From positions 1,426 through 65,425 of the forward strand of contig CAZSMX010000006.1 in NCBI GenBank assembly GCA_964608325.1: 64,000 nt of DNA, written 5' to 3'. The translations under genes were made by a program, and so were the position numbers. Positions 36,361 through 48,693 of the stretch are shown one piece after another. How positions within the stretch are numbered: position 1 is the stretch's first letter; each line of letters starts with the position of its first letter. Source of the stretch: an uncultured Candidatus Peribacteria bacterium. Lineage in GTDB: Bacteria; Patescibacteriota; Gracilibacteria; Peribacterales; Peribacteraceae. A model generated the notes under the pieces. That model saw nothing but the letters and a program-made list of their open reading frames with translations, searched no databases and was not told where the DNA came from.

Positions 36361-37023
36361 CTATTCCCTTTCCCATCGGATCTTCACGATCTTCTTGCAC
36401 ATTTCCGCATCGGAAAGCCTGTCACACAGCGAGGAATTGTTTGCGGCAACCGCAATGTCGAAGTAGCAATTGTGCTTTTCGCTTTGGAGGATGCCCTTGC
36501 TCCTTTCCGTTGTGCCTTCCGGGATCAAATCGCAGTAGGAAGTATCCAACCTTTTCACTGCGACTGCCGCGAAACATCTCCCGATATTGCTTTCGGTGAT
36601 ATCTTCTGTGATGTCTTTCAAATTTCCCTCCGTGCAGTTGGAGGGATCTCCCAATTCCATGGCGCGGTATGTGCGCTGAATTGGGCCAATCGAGGTGTCG
36701 GCCTTCAGGATCGGTTGCATCTGCAATAGGAAAACGATCGGTGCGAAGACGTATCCCCAACGCATTCCCTTTGATACCTCCGGATATTTCTTCCGAAGCA
36801 GCAGCCATGCAACGGTGATCGCGAGAACCATCGGGAAAACGGCGAGGGCGCTGAATACGATGCCTGCCGTCAAAAATGATTTGGTGGCACTGGATGTCAC
36901 GAGCATCCACGTCCAAAGCCGGTAACCAAAAAGAACCTGCACGGCCACGTGGCACACGGCGCTGATGACGAGAGACAATCCGAAGCCCAAGAGAATTTTC
37001 GCGAAGCGCGAGGTAGCAGTCAT
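36361..37023 (-). CDS. hypothetical multi-pass membrane protein
   Basis: Several TM segments. ATG 37023 is chosen because the longer ORF overlaps tRNA-Leu. Confidence 0.6.
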   Translation of the reverse strand: MTATSRFAKILLGFGLSLVISAVCHVAVQVLFGYRLWTWMLVTSSATKSFLTAGIVFSALAVFPMVLAITVAWLLLRKKYPEVSKGMRWGYVFAPIVFLLQMQPILKADTSIGPIQRTYRAMELGDPSNCTEGNLKDITEDITESNIGRCFAAVAVKRLDTSYCDLIPEGTTERSKGILQSEKHNCYFDIAVAANNSSLCDRLSDAEMCKKIVKIRWERE

Positions 37024-37059
37024 TATTTTCGGGTGAAATAATCCAAAGAATATAAGTAC

Positions 37060-37146
37060 TGGTGCCGTGGAGAGGACTCGAACCTCCACAAGATTACTCT
37101 TACACGCCCCTCAAGCGTGCGCGTCTACCAATTCCGCCACCACGGC
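37060..37146 (-). tRNA. tRNA-Leu (anticodon GAG), long variable arm, CCA encoded
   Basis: GCCGTGGTGGCGGAATTGGTAGACGC...CACGC-TTGAGGG-GCGTG...GGAGGTTCGAGTCCTCTCCACGGCACCA, 87 nt. Confidence 0.93.
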
Positions 37147-37262
37147 ACGTGGTTGTTTACTGAGGATCCGTTCATGACAAAAGGACCGAGGGCCCAAAGT
37201 GTACCAAGATTTGCAGGTTCGGCAATGTCGAATTCGGCCTTTCAAAGGCTTTATAGTTCTTT

Positions 37263-38126
37263 TCAGGCCCTTCCCATCTTCCGCCTGGTCTCCCAGCCGA
37301 TGTGCTGCAGGCGCTTCATGACGTGCGGGTCCGATGCTTTCTTTTTCCTGGTGATGCCTTTCTTCAGGGGATTCGTGGCGATGAGGCGCTGCCCGGTTCG
37401 TTTCGCCGTTTTCTTTGTGCGGGTCGCAGCCGTCGCCATTGCCAGGGGGAAGGCGAGCAGGAGATCCGCCGGGTCCGTGGGATCGGTGTCGTCGATATCG
37501 CGCGTGACGTAGTCCTTGGTTTTTTTGTGGCGCATCCCGATCCACGCCAGCACCCCGCCTGCCAGGAAGACGAGCGCATCGAGGAGGTTTCCGAACGCAT
37601 CTCGCAGCATCCTTAGAAGCCAGGCGAGCGGTTTCAAGATAGCGCCCATCGTCCGCAGCACGCCCGGGAAATCTCGGATGAGATCGCCGATGAACGAAAG
37701 GACGGATCGAACGAAATTAGTGATTGCCCGGATGATTCCCAGGGCCGCGTTCCAAAACGTGCGTAATGCGTAGCGTATCGTCTTGGCCAAGCCCCGCAGC
37801 AGCGGTCCCAGGCTTTTGAAGAGCTCTTTGATCATCTTCAGGATCCATTCGATCAGTTTCCCGATCCATTCGAAGAGCGTGCGGAACATCGGCGTGATCA
37901 TTTCCCACAGCGCGGCGATCGCCTGCGCAAGGACCAGCGCCATCTGGCCCAATCCGAACATCAGCCATCCCAGCAGCACGAACGGCGCGAACAACAAACC
38001 GATCAGCAGACCGCCGCCTTTTCCATCGGATTTCTTTTTGTCTCCTTTCGCATCACCGGCCTCCGTGCCGAACACGACCCAGATGATGAAGAAAACCGAG
38101 AAGAGGGTGAAGAGTGTCTGTAACAT
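37263..38126 (-). CDS. hypothetical membrane protein (287 aa)
   Basis: Hydrophobic N-terminus and repeated amphipathic segments, with a basic C-terminal tail. Unrecognised. Confidence 0.6.
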   Translation of the reverse strand: MLQTLFTLFSVFFIIWVVFGTEAGDAKGDKKKSDGKGGGLLIGLLFAPFVLLGWLMFGLGQMALVLAQAIAALWEMITPMFRTLFEWIGKLIEWILKMIKELFKSLGPLLRGLAKTIRYALRTFWNAALGIIRAITNFVRSVLSFIGDLIRDFPGVLRTMGAILKPLAWLLRMLRDAFGNLLDALVFLAGGVLAWIGMRHKKTKDYVTRDIDDTDPTDPADLLLAFPLAMATAATRTKKTAKRTGQRLIATNPLKKGITRKKKASDPHVMKRLQHIGWETRRKMGRA

Positions 38127-38252
38127 TAATATATAATTATAACATATTTATAGTTATATGTGAATAACGAGAAAAAGGCTTGAATCAGGGCTTTGCTTGA
38201 TTCTTGTCATGGTTCGCCGTACCGTTCGTCTTAGTATCACCAACCATTCCCT

Positions 38253-38849
38253 ATGCGCGTTTCGCCCGTTTCCGCCGGCCTTCTCAGTCTCTTGCTTCTC
38301 TCCGGATGCTGGGGTGCATCGACCGACGGAGGCTCTTCGTCATCGTCTTCTTCCTCCGCGTCGTCAAACCCGGCCGCCTCCCGCATCGCGTCTTCGTCGC
38401 CGTCTTGGGATGCCGGTGAATTCCGGAGGACGGACAAGGGCTACCTCGGCATGGTGACGCTCACCGGATACGTGACGAAGAGGGAGGCGAGGGAGCCGTT
38501 CTGCGAGACTGATTGCAAAACGTACCAGTACGTCTTTTTCAACATCACCGATGGCGAAACGGCTGCGCTGCGGGAATTCCTTGGCGATAACGAAGGCAAT
38601 TCCTACGCGGGCCGGGGGATGATCGGGCTCGGCTGCGTGTCTGACAACGGCAAGACGATCGTGAGCGAAGTGGCGGATGCGGATACGTACATGTCTTCGC
38701 GAGAAATCAGTGCCGCCGACTCGGCGGTCATCCTCACATCCAACCCGCGCAATCTCGTGACGATCACGTTGAACCGCGACTACGAACCCGCGGGCGGCGA
38801 GGCACCGGCCTGCTACTCGCACTTCGAGTACGTGATGGTGACGGATTAA
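38253..38849 (+). CDS. hypothetical lipoprotein
   Basis: Lipobox LLLLSGC followed by a Ser-rich linker. Confidence 0.65.
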   Translation: MRVSPVSAGLLSLLLLSGCWGASTDGGSSSSSSSSASSNPAASRIASSSPSWDAGEFRRTDKGYLGMVTLTGYVTKREAREPFCETDCKTYQYVFFNITDGETAALREFLGDNEGNSYAGRGMIGLGCVSDNGKTIVSEVADADTYMSSREISAADSAVILTSNPRNLVTITLNRDYEPAGGEAPACYSHFEYVMVTD

Positions 38850-38993
38850 GGCTTCATCGATGGCAAAACAAGGGAAAAACAGCTCACTTGGGCCAAAAAA
38901 CCCTTGCAATTAATTTGGCCAAAAGGTACAAGCTCTGCTCGCGCGGCGTCGGAATGCCGGTTCCGCGTGCATTCTCCATTTTCCGTCATTGTT

Positions 38994-39710
38994 ATGCATA
39001 CATCAGCCGACGTGACGTCCGAGGACGTCCAGACCATCGATACCATTTGCATCTCCGGCCTTCCCGGCTCCGGCAAGGGGACCGCGAACGAATACCTGGA
39101 ACAGCAGATCAAAGAACGCGGCTTGCAGTATTCCTACCTGGGAACGGGTGATCGCATTCGCCAGGAGAAGGAGCAGGGGACCGAATTCGGATTGCTCTGC
39201 CAACAGTACCAGGAGAACGGCATCATGGTCCCCGCGGAGATTATCAACGACAACATCTGGCAGTGGATCCGCGAGATCGACAGAAGGGCGATCGCGGTGA
39301 TCGATGGCGCGCCGCGCACGGAAGACCAGACGGATCCGTACCTGGATCTTATGGACGAGCTTGGCAGGAAGGACATCATGGTGTTCCTCGATGTTCCCGC
39401 GGAGGTGGCGGAAGAGCGTATGATCAAGCGCGGAGAGAAGGCGATTGAAGAGGGCAGAATTCCCCGTCCTGAAGATATTGATCCGGAAAAGCGCAGCAGG
39501 CGCCTGGATGACGGGAAGATGCTGAAGGACGTGGTCCTTCCCCGATTTGCGGAGCGCGACAAACTCCTGCTTATCGACGCCCTGGGTGATATTGAAGAAG
39601 TGCGCGGCATCATGGCCGAGCGGATTTTGAAGCTTCTGCCCCAGGTCCGCAGGAAAGATACCACGGTCAGTGATCACGGACGCAGCCGCGTCGCGGCGCC
39701 CGCCTACTGA
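38994..39710 (+). CDS. adenylate kinase-family nucleoside monophosphate kinase (second paralogue)
   Basis: P-loop GLPGSGKGT, LGTGDRIR, VIDGAPRTEDQ, and LID-like RGEKAIEEGRIPRPEDID. Confidence 0.75.
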   Translation: MHTSADVTSEDVQTIDTICISGLPGSGKGTANEYLEQQIKERGLQYSYLGTGDRIRQEKEQGTEFGLLCQQYQENGIMVPAEIINDNIWQWIREIDRRAIAVIDGAPRTEDQTDPYLDLMDELGRKDIMVFLDVPAEVAEERMIKRGEKAIEEGRIPRPEDIDPEKRSRRLDDGKMLKDVVLPRFAERDKLLLIDALGDIEEVRGIMAERILKLLPQVRRKDTTVSDHGRSRVAAPAY

Positions 39711-39740
39711 GCGGCGTTACCACATCTCGCGATTGATATT

Positions 39741-39768
39741 GAAAAGCGCCCCGCGAGGGGCGCTTTTC
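39741..39768. terminator. bidirectional rho-independent terminator between the adk-like gene and eno
   Basis: Perfect 12-bp stem gaaaagcgcccc/ggggcgcttttc with gcga loop. The A/T runs form part of the stem on both strands. Confidence 0.85.
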
Positions 39769-39788
39769 AGTTCGATGTTCGGTCTGGT

Positions 39789-41054
39789 TTAGAACGGGCT
39801 GACGTAGCGTGCCTTGCTTCCGAGTTCCTCCTCGATGCGCAGGAGCTGGTTGTACTTGCAGATGCGGTCCGTGCGGGAGAGGGAACCGGTCTTGATCTGC
39901 CCCGTGCCTAGTCCCACGGCGAGGTCCGCGATGAAGGTGTCCTCGGTCTCGCCGGAGCGGTGGCTGGAGATGGCGGTCCATCCGGCCTTCTGCGCCATCT
40001 GAATGGCGTCGACGGTCTCGGAGACGGAGCCGATTTGGTTCAGCTTGATGAGCACGCTGGATGCGGCCTTGGAACCGATGGCCTTCTCAATGCGCTGGAC
40101 GTTCGTGACGAGCAGGTCGTCGCCGACGATCTGCACCTTTCCTTCCATCTTCTGCACCATCGTCTGGAAGCCTTCCCAGTCGTCCTCGGCGTGGCTGTCC
40201 TCGATGGAGACGATGGGATACTTGGCGCAGAGCGCTTCATAGTAAGCGACGAGTTCCTGGGACGAGAGCGTCTTGCCGTCGATATGGTACATGCCGTCCT
40301 TGTAGAACTCGGACGCGGCGGCGTCGATGGCGAACTTGATGCGGCCCGTGTAGCCGGCCTTCTCGATCGCTTCCGTGAGCACCGCGAACGCGTCGTCGCT
40401 GTTCGTGAGGTGCGGGGCGAATCCTCCCTCATCGCCAACGGCCGTCACGTGTCCCTTGGCCTTCAGGATGGACTTGAGGTTGTGGAACACTTCGGCTCCC
40501 GCGCGCAGGGCGTCGCTGAAGGTCGTGAAATCGGTGGGAACGAGCATGCACTCCTGGAAGGAGAGTCCGCTGTCCGCGTGGGCGCCTCCGTTGATGACGT
40601 TCATCAGCGGAACCGGGAGTAGCGTCGTGTTAGCGACTCCGAACTGCTTCGCGAGGGACGCGTAGAGCGGGAGCTTCTCGCTCGTCGCGCGGGCCTTGGA
40701 GACGGCCATGGAAGCGCCAAGGATGGCATTGGCGCCGAGCTTGGACTTGTTGGGCGTTCCGTCCAGGGCGAGCATCGCCTTGTCGATGGCGCGCTGGTCC
40801 GAGACCTCCTTTCCCTTCAATTCGTTGGCGATCGCCGTGTTCACGTTCTCCACTGCATTCAGCACGGACTTGCCGAGGTAGACGGACTTATCGCCGTCGC
40901 GCAGTTCGAGTGCTTCGTGCGAACCCGTGGACGCTCCGGACGGCACGGCCGCGCGACCGAAGGAACCGTCGTCGAGCATGCAGTCGACTTCCACCGTGGG
41001 GTTGCCGCGGGAGTCGAGGATCTGTCGGGCCTTGAGGGAAACGATGGTAGGCAT
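39789..41054 (-). CDS. eno: enolase
   Basis: [25 protein letters not shown] and [10 protein letters not shown] motifs. Confidence 0.98.
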   Translation of the reverse strand: MPTIVSLKARQILDSRGNPTVEVDCMLDDGSFGRAAVPSGASTGSHEALELRDGDKSVYLGKSVLNAVENVNTAIANELKGKEVSDQRAIDKAMLALDGTPNKSKLGANAILGASMAVSKARATSEKLPLYASLAKQFGVANTTLLPVPLMNVINGGAHADSGLSFQECMLVPTDFTTFSDALRAGAEVFHNLKSILKAKGHVTAVGDEGGFAPHLTNSDDAFAVLTEAIEKAGYTGRIKFAIDAAASEFYKDGMYHIDGKTLSSQELVAYYEALCAKYPIVSIEDSHAEDDWEGFQTMVQKMEGKVQIVGDDLLVTNVQRIEKAIGSKAASSVLIKLNQIGSVSETVDAIQMAQKAGWTAISSHRSGETEDTFIADLAVGLGTGQIKTGSLSRTDRICKYNQLLRIEEELGSKARYVSPF

Positions 41055-41090
41055 GTGATGTTAGGAGGTAGGAAGTAGGTGTGTAGGAGA

Positions 41091-42425
41091 TCAGAGGGTG
41101 ACGACCGAGGGGGCCGGGTTCTCCGCGGAAGCGGCGACGACTTTCGTGCCGGCTTTGAGCCACTTCTTGGCTCCGGAGAGGTCGCTGCCTGCGACCGGGT
41201 AGATCGCGAAGCGCAACTGGAGCATGCGCAGGATCTTCGCGTTGCCGGAGCACACGATGATCGGCATGTTCGGGCGCAGGGCCGAGATGGCCGCGGGCAA
41301 TTCTTCCGTTTCGGTCGAGATCACGATCGCTTCCACGTCGTCGGCCTTCGCTTCGTTGATGATGCGCATGGCGTCGGAGTGGTGCGGCGCGCGTTCCACG
41401 ATGGATCCGCGCTGCATCGTTTCTTCGGCCTCAACGAGGATCTTTGCCATGGATTCCGCGGACTTGAACGGGTACTTGCCGTTCGCGGACTCTCCGGAAA
41501 GCATCGTGGAATCCGCGTGCGTCTCCGCCGCATGGAATACGTCCGTCACTTCGGCGCGAGTCGGAATGGGGTTACCGATCATGCTTTCCAGCATGTGCGT
41601 GGCGACGATCACCGGCTTGCCCGCGCGGATGCAGCGGTCGACGATGTCGTTCTGGACGCGGGGGATCTTCTCGAAAGGCATTTCGGCCCCCAAGTCGCCG
41701 CGGGCCACCATGATGCCGTCGGACTCGCGGATGACCGCTTCGATGTCTTCCACCGACTGGCGCGTCTCCACCTTCGTGATGATCTTCATGGTGCCGCCGT
41801 GCTTCTTGATGAACTCGCGCACTTCGGGGATCTCGTCGCCGCGGCGGATGAACGACAAGGCGACGAAGTCGGCGTCTTCCTTGCATCCCATTTCGATGGC
41901 TTCCCAGTCAGTCGGCATGAGGGAAGGGAGGGACACGTCCGCGCCCGGAAGGTTGATGTGGCGGCGGGAACCGATCTTGCCGTTATCGCGGCTCTTCGCG
42001 TGCACCGCTCCGTTCGCACGCACCTCGATGACGTCGAAGATCGTCTCGCCGTTGTCGACGAGGATGCATTCCGCCTTCTTCACGTCCTCGCTGAATTCCT
42101 TGTAGTTGACGCGGATTACCGTGAGGTCCGGGTTTGCGATCTCATCGAAGGAGAACAGGACTTCCTGTCCCGGCACGACGATGATCGGTTCGGTGACTTC
42201 GCCCGTGCGGATTTCCGCGCCCTTCGTATCCAGGAGGATGCCCAGGGTGAATTCGCCTTCGGCGTTCACGGCCTTCACGCGCTGCAGGACTTCCTGCTGG
42301 CTCTGCACCGTTCCATGGGAGAAATTGAGGCGAGCGACGTTCATGCCGGCCTTCGCGAGCGCGCGGATTCCTTCGGGGGAGTTGGAGGTGGGTCCGAGGG
42401 TACACACCATTTTCGTCAGTCTCAT
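41091..42425 (-). CDS. pyk: pyruvate kinase
   Basis: KMVCTLGP, NFSHG, MVARGDLG and ATHMLESM motifs. Confidence 0.97.
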   Translation of the reverse strand: MRLTKMVCTLGPTSNSPEGIRALAKAGMNVARLNFSHGTVQSQQEVLQRVKAVNAEGEFTLGILLDTKGAEIRTGEVTEPIIVVPGQEVLFSFDEIANPDLTVIRVNYKEFSEDVKKAECILVDNGETIFDVIEVRANGAVHAKSRDNGKIGSRRHINLPGADVSLPSLMPTDWEAIEMGCKEDADFVALSFIRRGDEIPEVREFIKKHGGTMKIITKVETRQSVEDIEAVIRESDGIMVARGDLGAEMPFEKIPRVQNDIVDRCIRAGKPVIVATHMLESMIGNPIPTRAEVTDVFHAAETHADSTMLSGESANGKYPFKSAESMAKILVEAEETMQRGSIVERAPHHSDAMRIINEAKADDVEAIVISTETEELPAAISALRPNMPIIVCSGNAKILRMLQLRFAIYPVAGSDLSGAKKWLKAGTKVVAASAENPAPSVVTL

Positions 42426-42583
42426 GTGGCAATAAGGAAGAGCAAGCGCCTAAAACTGCGTTTGCAGGGGCATTGAATAGCGATTTCTCGCCTAAAAATC
42501 AAGGCTCCGACATTTTTCTTCGCATTGAAATAGCCTCAAAAACCCAGCAAATGCTATACTTCCCGACGTTTTCACCCCCTCTT

Positions 42584-43201
42584 ATGACCATGTACGTCTG
42601 CCCCATGCACCCTGAGATTCTCCAAGATCATCCGGGAACGTGTCCCAAATGCGGCGGCATGCAGCTGGTTCCCGAAAACGATGTGACGTCCGCCGCACAC
42701 CATTCCGGGGAGACGACGGAGGGATTCTTTGTTACCTACAAGCCTCTTTTCATTATCGTGGGCCTGATCCTTCTGCCGGTGATCGCGGTGTACCTTACCG
42801 CGCCGTCCCATTGGACGGATGCGATGCAGAATTTCATGGCCGGCTTCTTTCTGGTTTTCTCGGGTTTGAAGTTGCTGGATGTCCCGGGTTTCGCGGAGGG
42901 GTATTCCACATACGATCTGCTTGCCCGCCGCGTGAAGGCGTACGGTTATGTCTATCCGTTCCTCGAATTGCTGCTCGGACTGGCGTACCTCACGCGCTTC
43001 GAACCCCTTTTCACGAACTGGTTCGCATTGGTCCTCATGTCATTCAGCGGCATCGGCGTCGTCCAAAGTCTCATGCAAAAAAGGAAGTTCCAGTGCGCAT
43101 GCCTCGGTACCTTCATCAAGGTTCCCCTCACGAAAGTAACCATCATCGAGGATTTCGGCATGGCCCTCATGGCTGCCGTCATGCTCTTGGATCTCGCGTA
43201 A
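42584..43201 (+). CDS. heavy-metal-binding (CPMHPE...CPKCGM) domain fused to a MauE/DoxX-like membrane domain
   Basis: YVCPMHPEILQDHPGTCPKCGGMQL followed by ~4 TM segments. Confidence 0.65.
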   Translation: MTMYVCPMHPEILQDHPGTCPKCGGMQLVPENDVTSAAHHSGETTEGFFVTYKPLFIIVGLILLPVIAVYLTAPSHWTDAMQNFMAGFFLVFSGLKLLDVPGFAEGYSTYDLLARRVKAYGYVYPFLELLLGLAYLTRFEPLFTNWFALVLMSFSGIGVVQSLMQKRKFQCACLGTFIKVPLTKVTIIEDFGMALMAAVMLLDLA

Positions 43202-43217
43202 GGAACGCCGGTTTTTC

Positions 43218-43976
43218 TCAGCATTGCCGGTTTTCCTGCTCCGGTTGCGGTTCGAAAGCGATGCCGTTCAGCGAGAACACTTTGTCGATCTGTTTGTCCG
43301 CGTGCACGAGGTGTTTTTCCTGGATGCCCAATATCGAGAGCGTGTTTTCCTTCGAGTCGTTGCGCCCCTTGTGCGTCCGAACCGTCGCAAGGATGGCATC
43401 GCGCGTTTCCGTCTTCATCGGCTTCACCCACGAGAGCATGCCGTAGTGCTCTTCCGTCATCAGTCCCTCGATCGCCTTGCTCGGGCTTTTCGTCGCGAAG
43501 AAACTAAGCGCCAAGGGAAGAAGGGTGTGGTTTTTTGTCGGGAAGTCCCCGTTTCCGTTCAACGTCTCGATCGTTTTGCGAACCCATACGATTTCTTCCA
43601 TGATCTGCGTTTTGAAATGCGCGAACGCCGTCAGCATGGAGGAATATCCCGATATGTCCACCGACGGGCGGAACGCATGCGCGTCGTACAGGTTGGACCA
43701 TTGCAGCAGGGTCGTGATTTGGAAAAGGGTGTTGAGCCTCTCGTTGCCGATGCTGGATTCCCCCTTGCCGAGGGAATGAAGCGCGATATAGCGTGCCAGT
43801 TGTCCCGGATCCCGGTTCGATGCCCACTGATGAAAGTCAGCGTGGCGGCTTTTCGGCACGTCGGAAATATTCACGTCGTGGTCGCTGCCACCGCGGGAAC
43901 AGGGAATATTGTGGTGTTCGTTTGATTTTGAGTGTCTGCCGGAATCGCTCCCTTTGAGGGCGTTCGACATGACCAA
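43218..43976 (-). CDS. HNH-motif protein with unrecognised ~170-aa C-terminal domain
   Basis: EHHNIPCSRGGSDHDVNISDVPKSRHADFHQW fits the HNH (H-N-H) pattern. Confidence 0.6.
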   Translation of the reverse strand: MVMSNALKGSDSGRHSKSNEHHNIPCSRGGSDHDVNISDVPKSRHADFHQWASNRDPGQLARYIALHSLGKGESSIGNERLNTLFQITTLLQWSNLYDAHAFRPSVDISGYSSMLTAFAHFKTQIMEEIVWVRKTIETLNGNGDFPTKNHTLLPLALSFFATKSPSKAIEGLMTEEHYGMLSWVKPMKTETRDAILATVRTHKGRNDSKENTLSILGIQEKHLVHADKQIDKVFSLNGIAFEPQPEQENRQC

Positions 43977-44016
43977 ACAGTAGCACTCGCCCGAACGCTG
44001 CCAAGTATGATTCGGT

Positions 44017-44907
44017 TTACATTCCTTGCGACCAGCGGGCGACGATGCCCGTCGAGATCAGCCGCTTGTCCTTCTGCTCCAGGCACAGTTCGCCGTATTC
44101 CAGCTTTCCTTTCTTCTTCGCCGTCGTGTCTTCCAGCAGGTTCTTCAGCGCGATCGCCGAGGAGTTCGTCGCATATCCGTTGATGATCAGGAAGTCGGCA
44201 TCATCCGTCAGCAGTTCCACGCAATCGGAAAGAAGATTCGGCACGTCATCGTTGAATTTCCACGTGCGTCCGTCCGGCGAGTGCCCGAACGCCGGCGGGT
44301 CCATGATGATGCCGTCGTATTTCTGGCCGCGCTTGATTTCGCGCATCACGAATTTGGACGCATCGTCCAGGATCCAACGGATGGAATCCGCCGGGAGTTT
44401 GTTCAGTTCCTGGTTTTCCTTCGCCCAGCCGATCGCCGGCTTGCTGGCGTCCACGTGCGTCACGCTGTGTCCGAGCGCCGTGAGCATCACGCTCGCCGCG
44501 CCGGTGTATCCGAACAGGTTCAGGATCTTGCGTCCTTTCTTTCCCTCCAGCTTCTTGGCCATCCACTCCCAGTTCGCCGCCTGCTCGGCGAAGACGCCCG
44601 TATGCTTGAACGGCGTGAGGCGCGCCTTGAACGAGAGCTGCGTCGATGTTCCCGGCACGTCGTAGCGGATAGGCCACGATGCCGGAAGCTTCGTGATCAT
44701 GTTCCACTGGCCCTTGTCCCCCCGCGTTTCAAACCTCGCATCGCATGCGTTCCATTCGTTGTCGTCCAGGTGCTTGTTCCAAATGATCTGCGGATCCGGT
44801 CGCGCGAGACGGTAGGGTCCCCATTGCTCCAGGCGGTATCCGTCGCCCGTGTCGAGCAACTGGAAATCCGTGAAAGCCGAGAAGTGGTCCTGGAGGAAAG
44901 AATCCAT
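44017..44907 (-). CDS. class I SAM-dependent methyltransferase (RlmI/RlmK-like rRNA methyltransferase family)
   Basis: ILNLFGYTGAASV (motif I), VTHVDAS and IIMDPPAFG (motif IV). Confidence 0.75.
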   Translation of the reverse strand: MDSFLQDHFSAFTDFQLLDTGDGYRLEQWGPYRLARPDPQIIWNKHLDDNEWNACDARFETRGDKGQWNMITKLPASWPIRYDVPGTSTQLSFKARLTPFKHTGVFAEQAANWEWMAKKLEGKKGRKILNLFGYTGAASVMLTALGHSVTHVDASKPAIGWAKENQELNKLPADSIRWILDDASKFVMREIKRGQKYDGIIMDPPAFGHSPDGRTWKFNDDVPNLLSDCVELLTDDADFLIINGYATNSSAIALKNLLEDTTAKKKGKLEYGELCLEQKDKRLISTGIVARWSQGM

Positions 44908-44992
44908 GAGCGCAGGATACAGGATTTATGGCTTTTTAGAAGGGTATTACGATAGATTGATAATATATCATATCAGTATGTAATATATTCAT

Positions 44993-47697
<2,705 letters not shown>

Positions 47698-47699
47698 TT

Positions 47700-47951
47700 A
47701 TGGGCAAAGATCTCCACCAGGAAACCATGAAGCAGTATGCAACCATCCTCGATGCCCTCGAGGAGCTCACGCTGCTCTATGCCGATGCCGATGAGGAAGA
47801 GGAGGAAGAGAAGGATGATTCCGATGCGTCCGAACACGACGATGTCGACCTGATGGTGGAATCCGCTACCGAGCGCGGCATGGACGAGGAGAGCGTGGAG
47901 AAGGTCTTCCGCGCCGTCGCTGCATTAGCGAAGAAGGCGAAGGAAGGTTGA
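47700..47951 (+). CDS. small highly acidic hypothetical protein
   Basis: 83-aa ORF with a DADEEEEEEKDDSDASEHDD tract. Confidence 0.4.
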   Translation: MGKDLHQETMKQYATILDALEELTLLYADADEEEEEEKDDSDASEHDDVDLMVESATERGMDEESVEKVFRAVAALAKKAKEG

Positions 47952-48024
47952 TTTTCGGGCACGAGAAATCGCAGGGGAGCTGCGATTTTCCCACCTTCAT
48001 CCAAGGATGAAGATATTCTTGTTA

Positions 48025-48693
48025 CTAACTCTTCGCGCCTGAGTCGGCGGTTTCGCGACGGCTGCCGTTACGACCGGGCTCGGCCGAAGCGCTGTTGCCG
48101 CGGCGATTGAGACGGCTGAGCAACATGCCCAAGCCGCTTTCGTCGAGCATCTTTCCGAGACCGCCTTCGCCGCCGCTCATCAAATCGCCGAGAGTGACGA
48201 CGCGAACGCCGTCGCCGAACAGGTTTCCGAACGCCGGGCCGCCCATAAATCCGCCGGCCGGCAGAAATTCGCCGAGGTTGAACGGCTGCATGCTGCTGAT
48301 CGGCTGATCGAGGTTGGTCACGAAGCCGGTGCGGATCGACGGAAGTCGGACGGTCAGCTTGTTGCACTGACCGCAGATGCAGGCCGGACTACGGCCGCCG
48401 ATTTCCAGCATCACGACCTTGTCGTGTTCCAGGTTCGAAACAACTTCGATCGTGCCGATGTTGTTCGGCATCGATATGACGCATTCGGCGTCGGAGATGG
48501 CGAAATTCGCTTCGAATCCCTTGGCGACCTTCGTGCGGAAGCTGTAGTGGCGATCATTCAGACATCGGACGACGACGTCGTTTCCGGAATTCAAGACGAC
48601 GAAATCGGTCTTCTGTCCGTGTCCCGGTTTCGGCAGGACAAGATCCAGCAAGCCGCGTGCTTCTTCCAAGCGTTGTGAAAGCATGGGTGTCAT
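48025..48693 (-). CDS. hypothetical protein with Gly-rich C-terminal half
   Basis: 222-aa ORF, divergent from pilT. Unrecognised. Confidence 0.5.
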   Translation of the reverse strand: MTPMLSQRLEEARGLLDLVLPKPGHGQKTDFVVLNSGNDVVVRCLNDRHYSFRTKVAKGFEANFAISDAECVISMPNNIGTIEVVSNLEHDKVVMLEIGGRSPACICGQCNKLTVRLPSIRTGFVTNLDQPISSMQPFNLGEFLPAGGFMGGPAFGNLFGDGVRVVTLGDLMSGGEGGLGKMLDESGLGMLLSRLNRRGNSASAEPGRNGSRRETADSGAKS

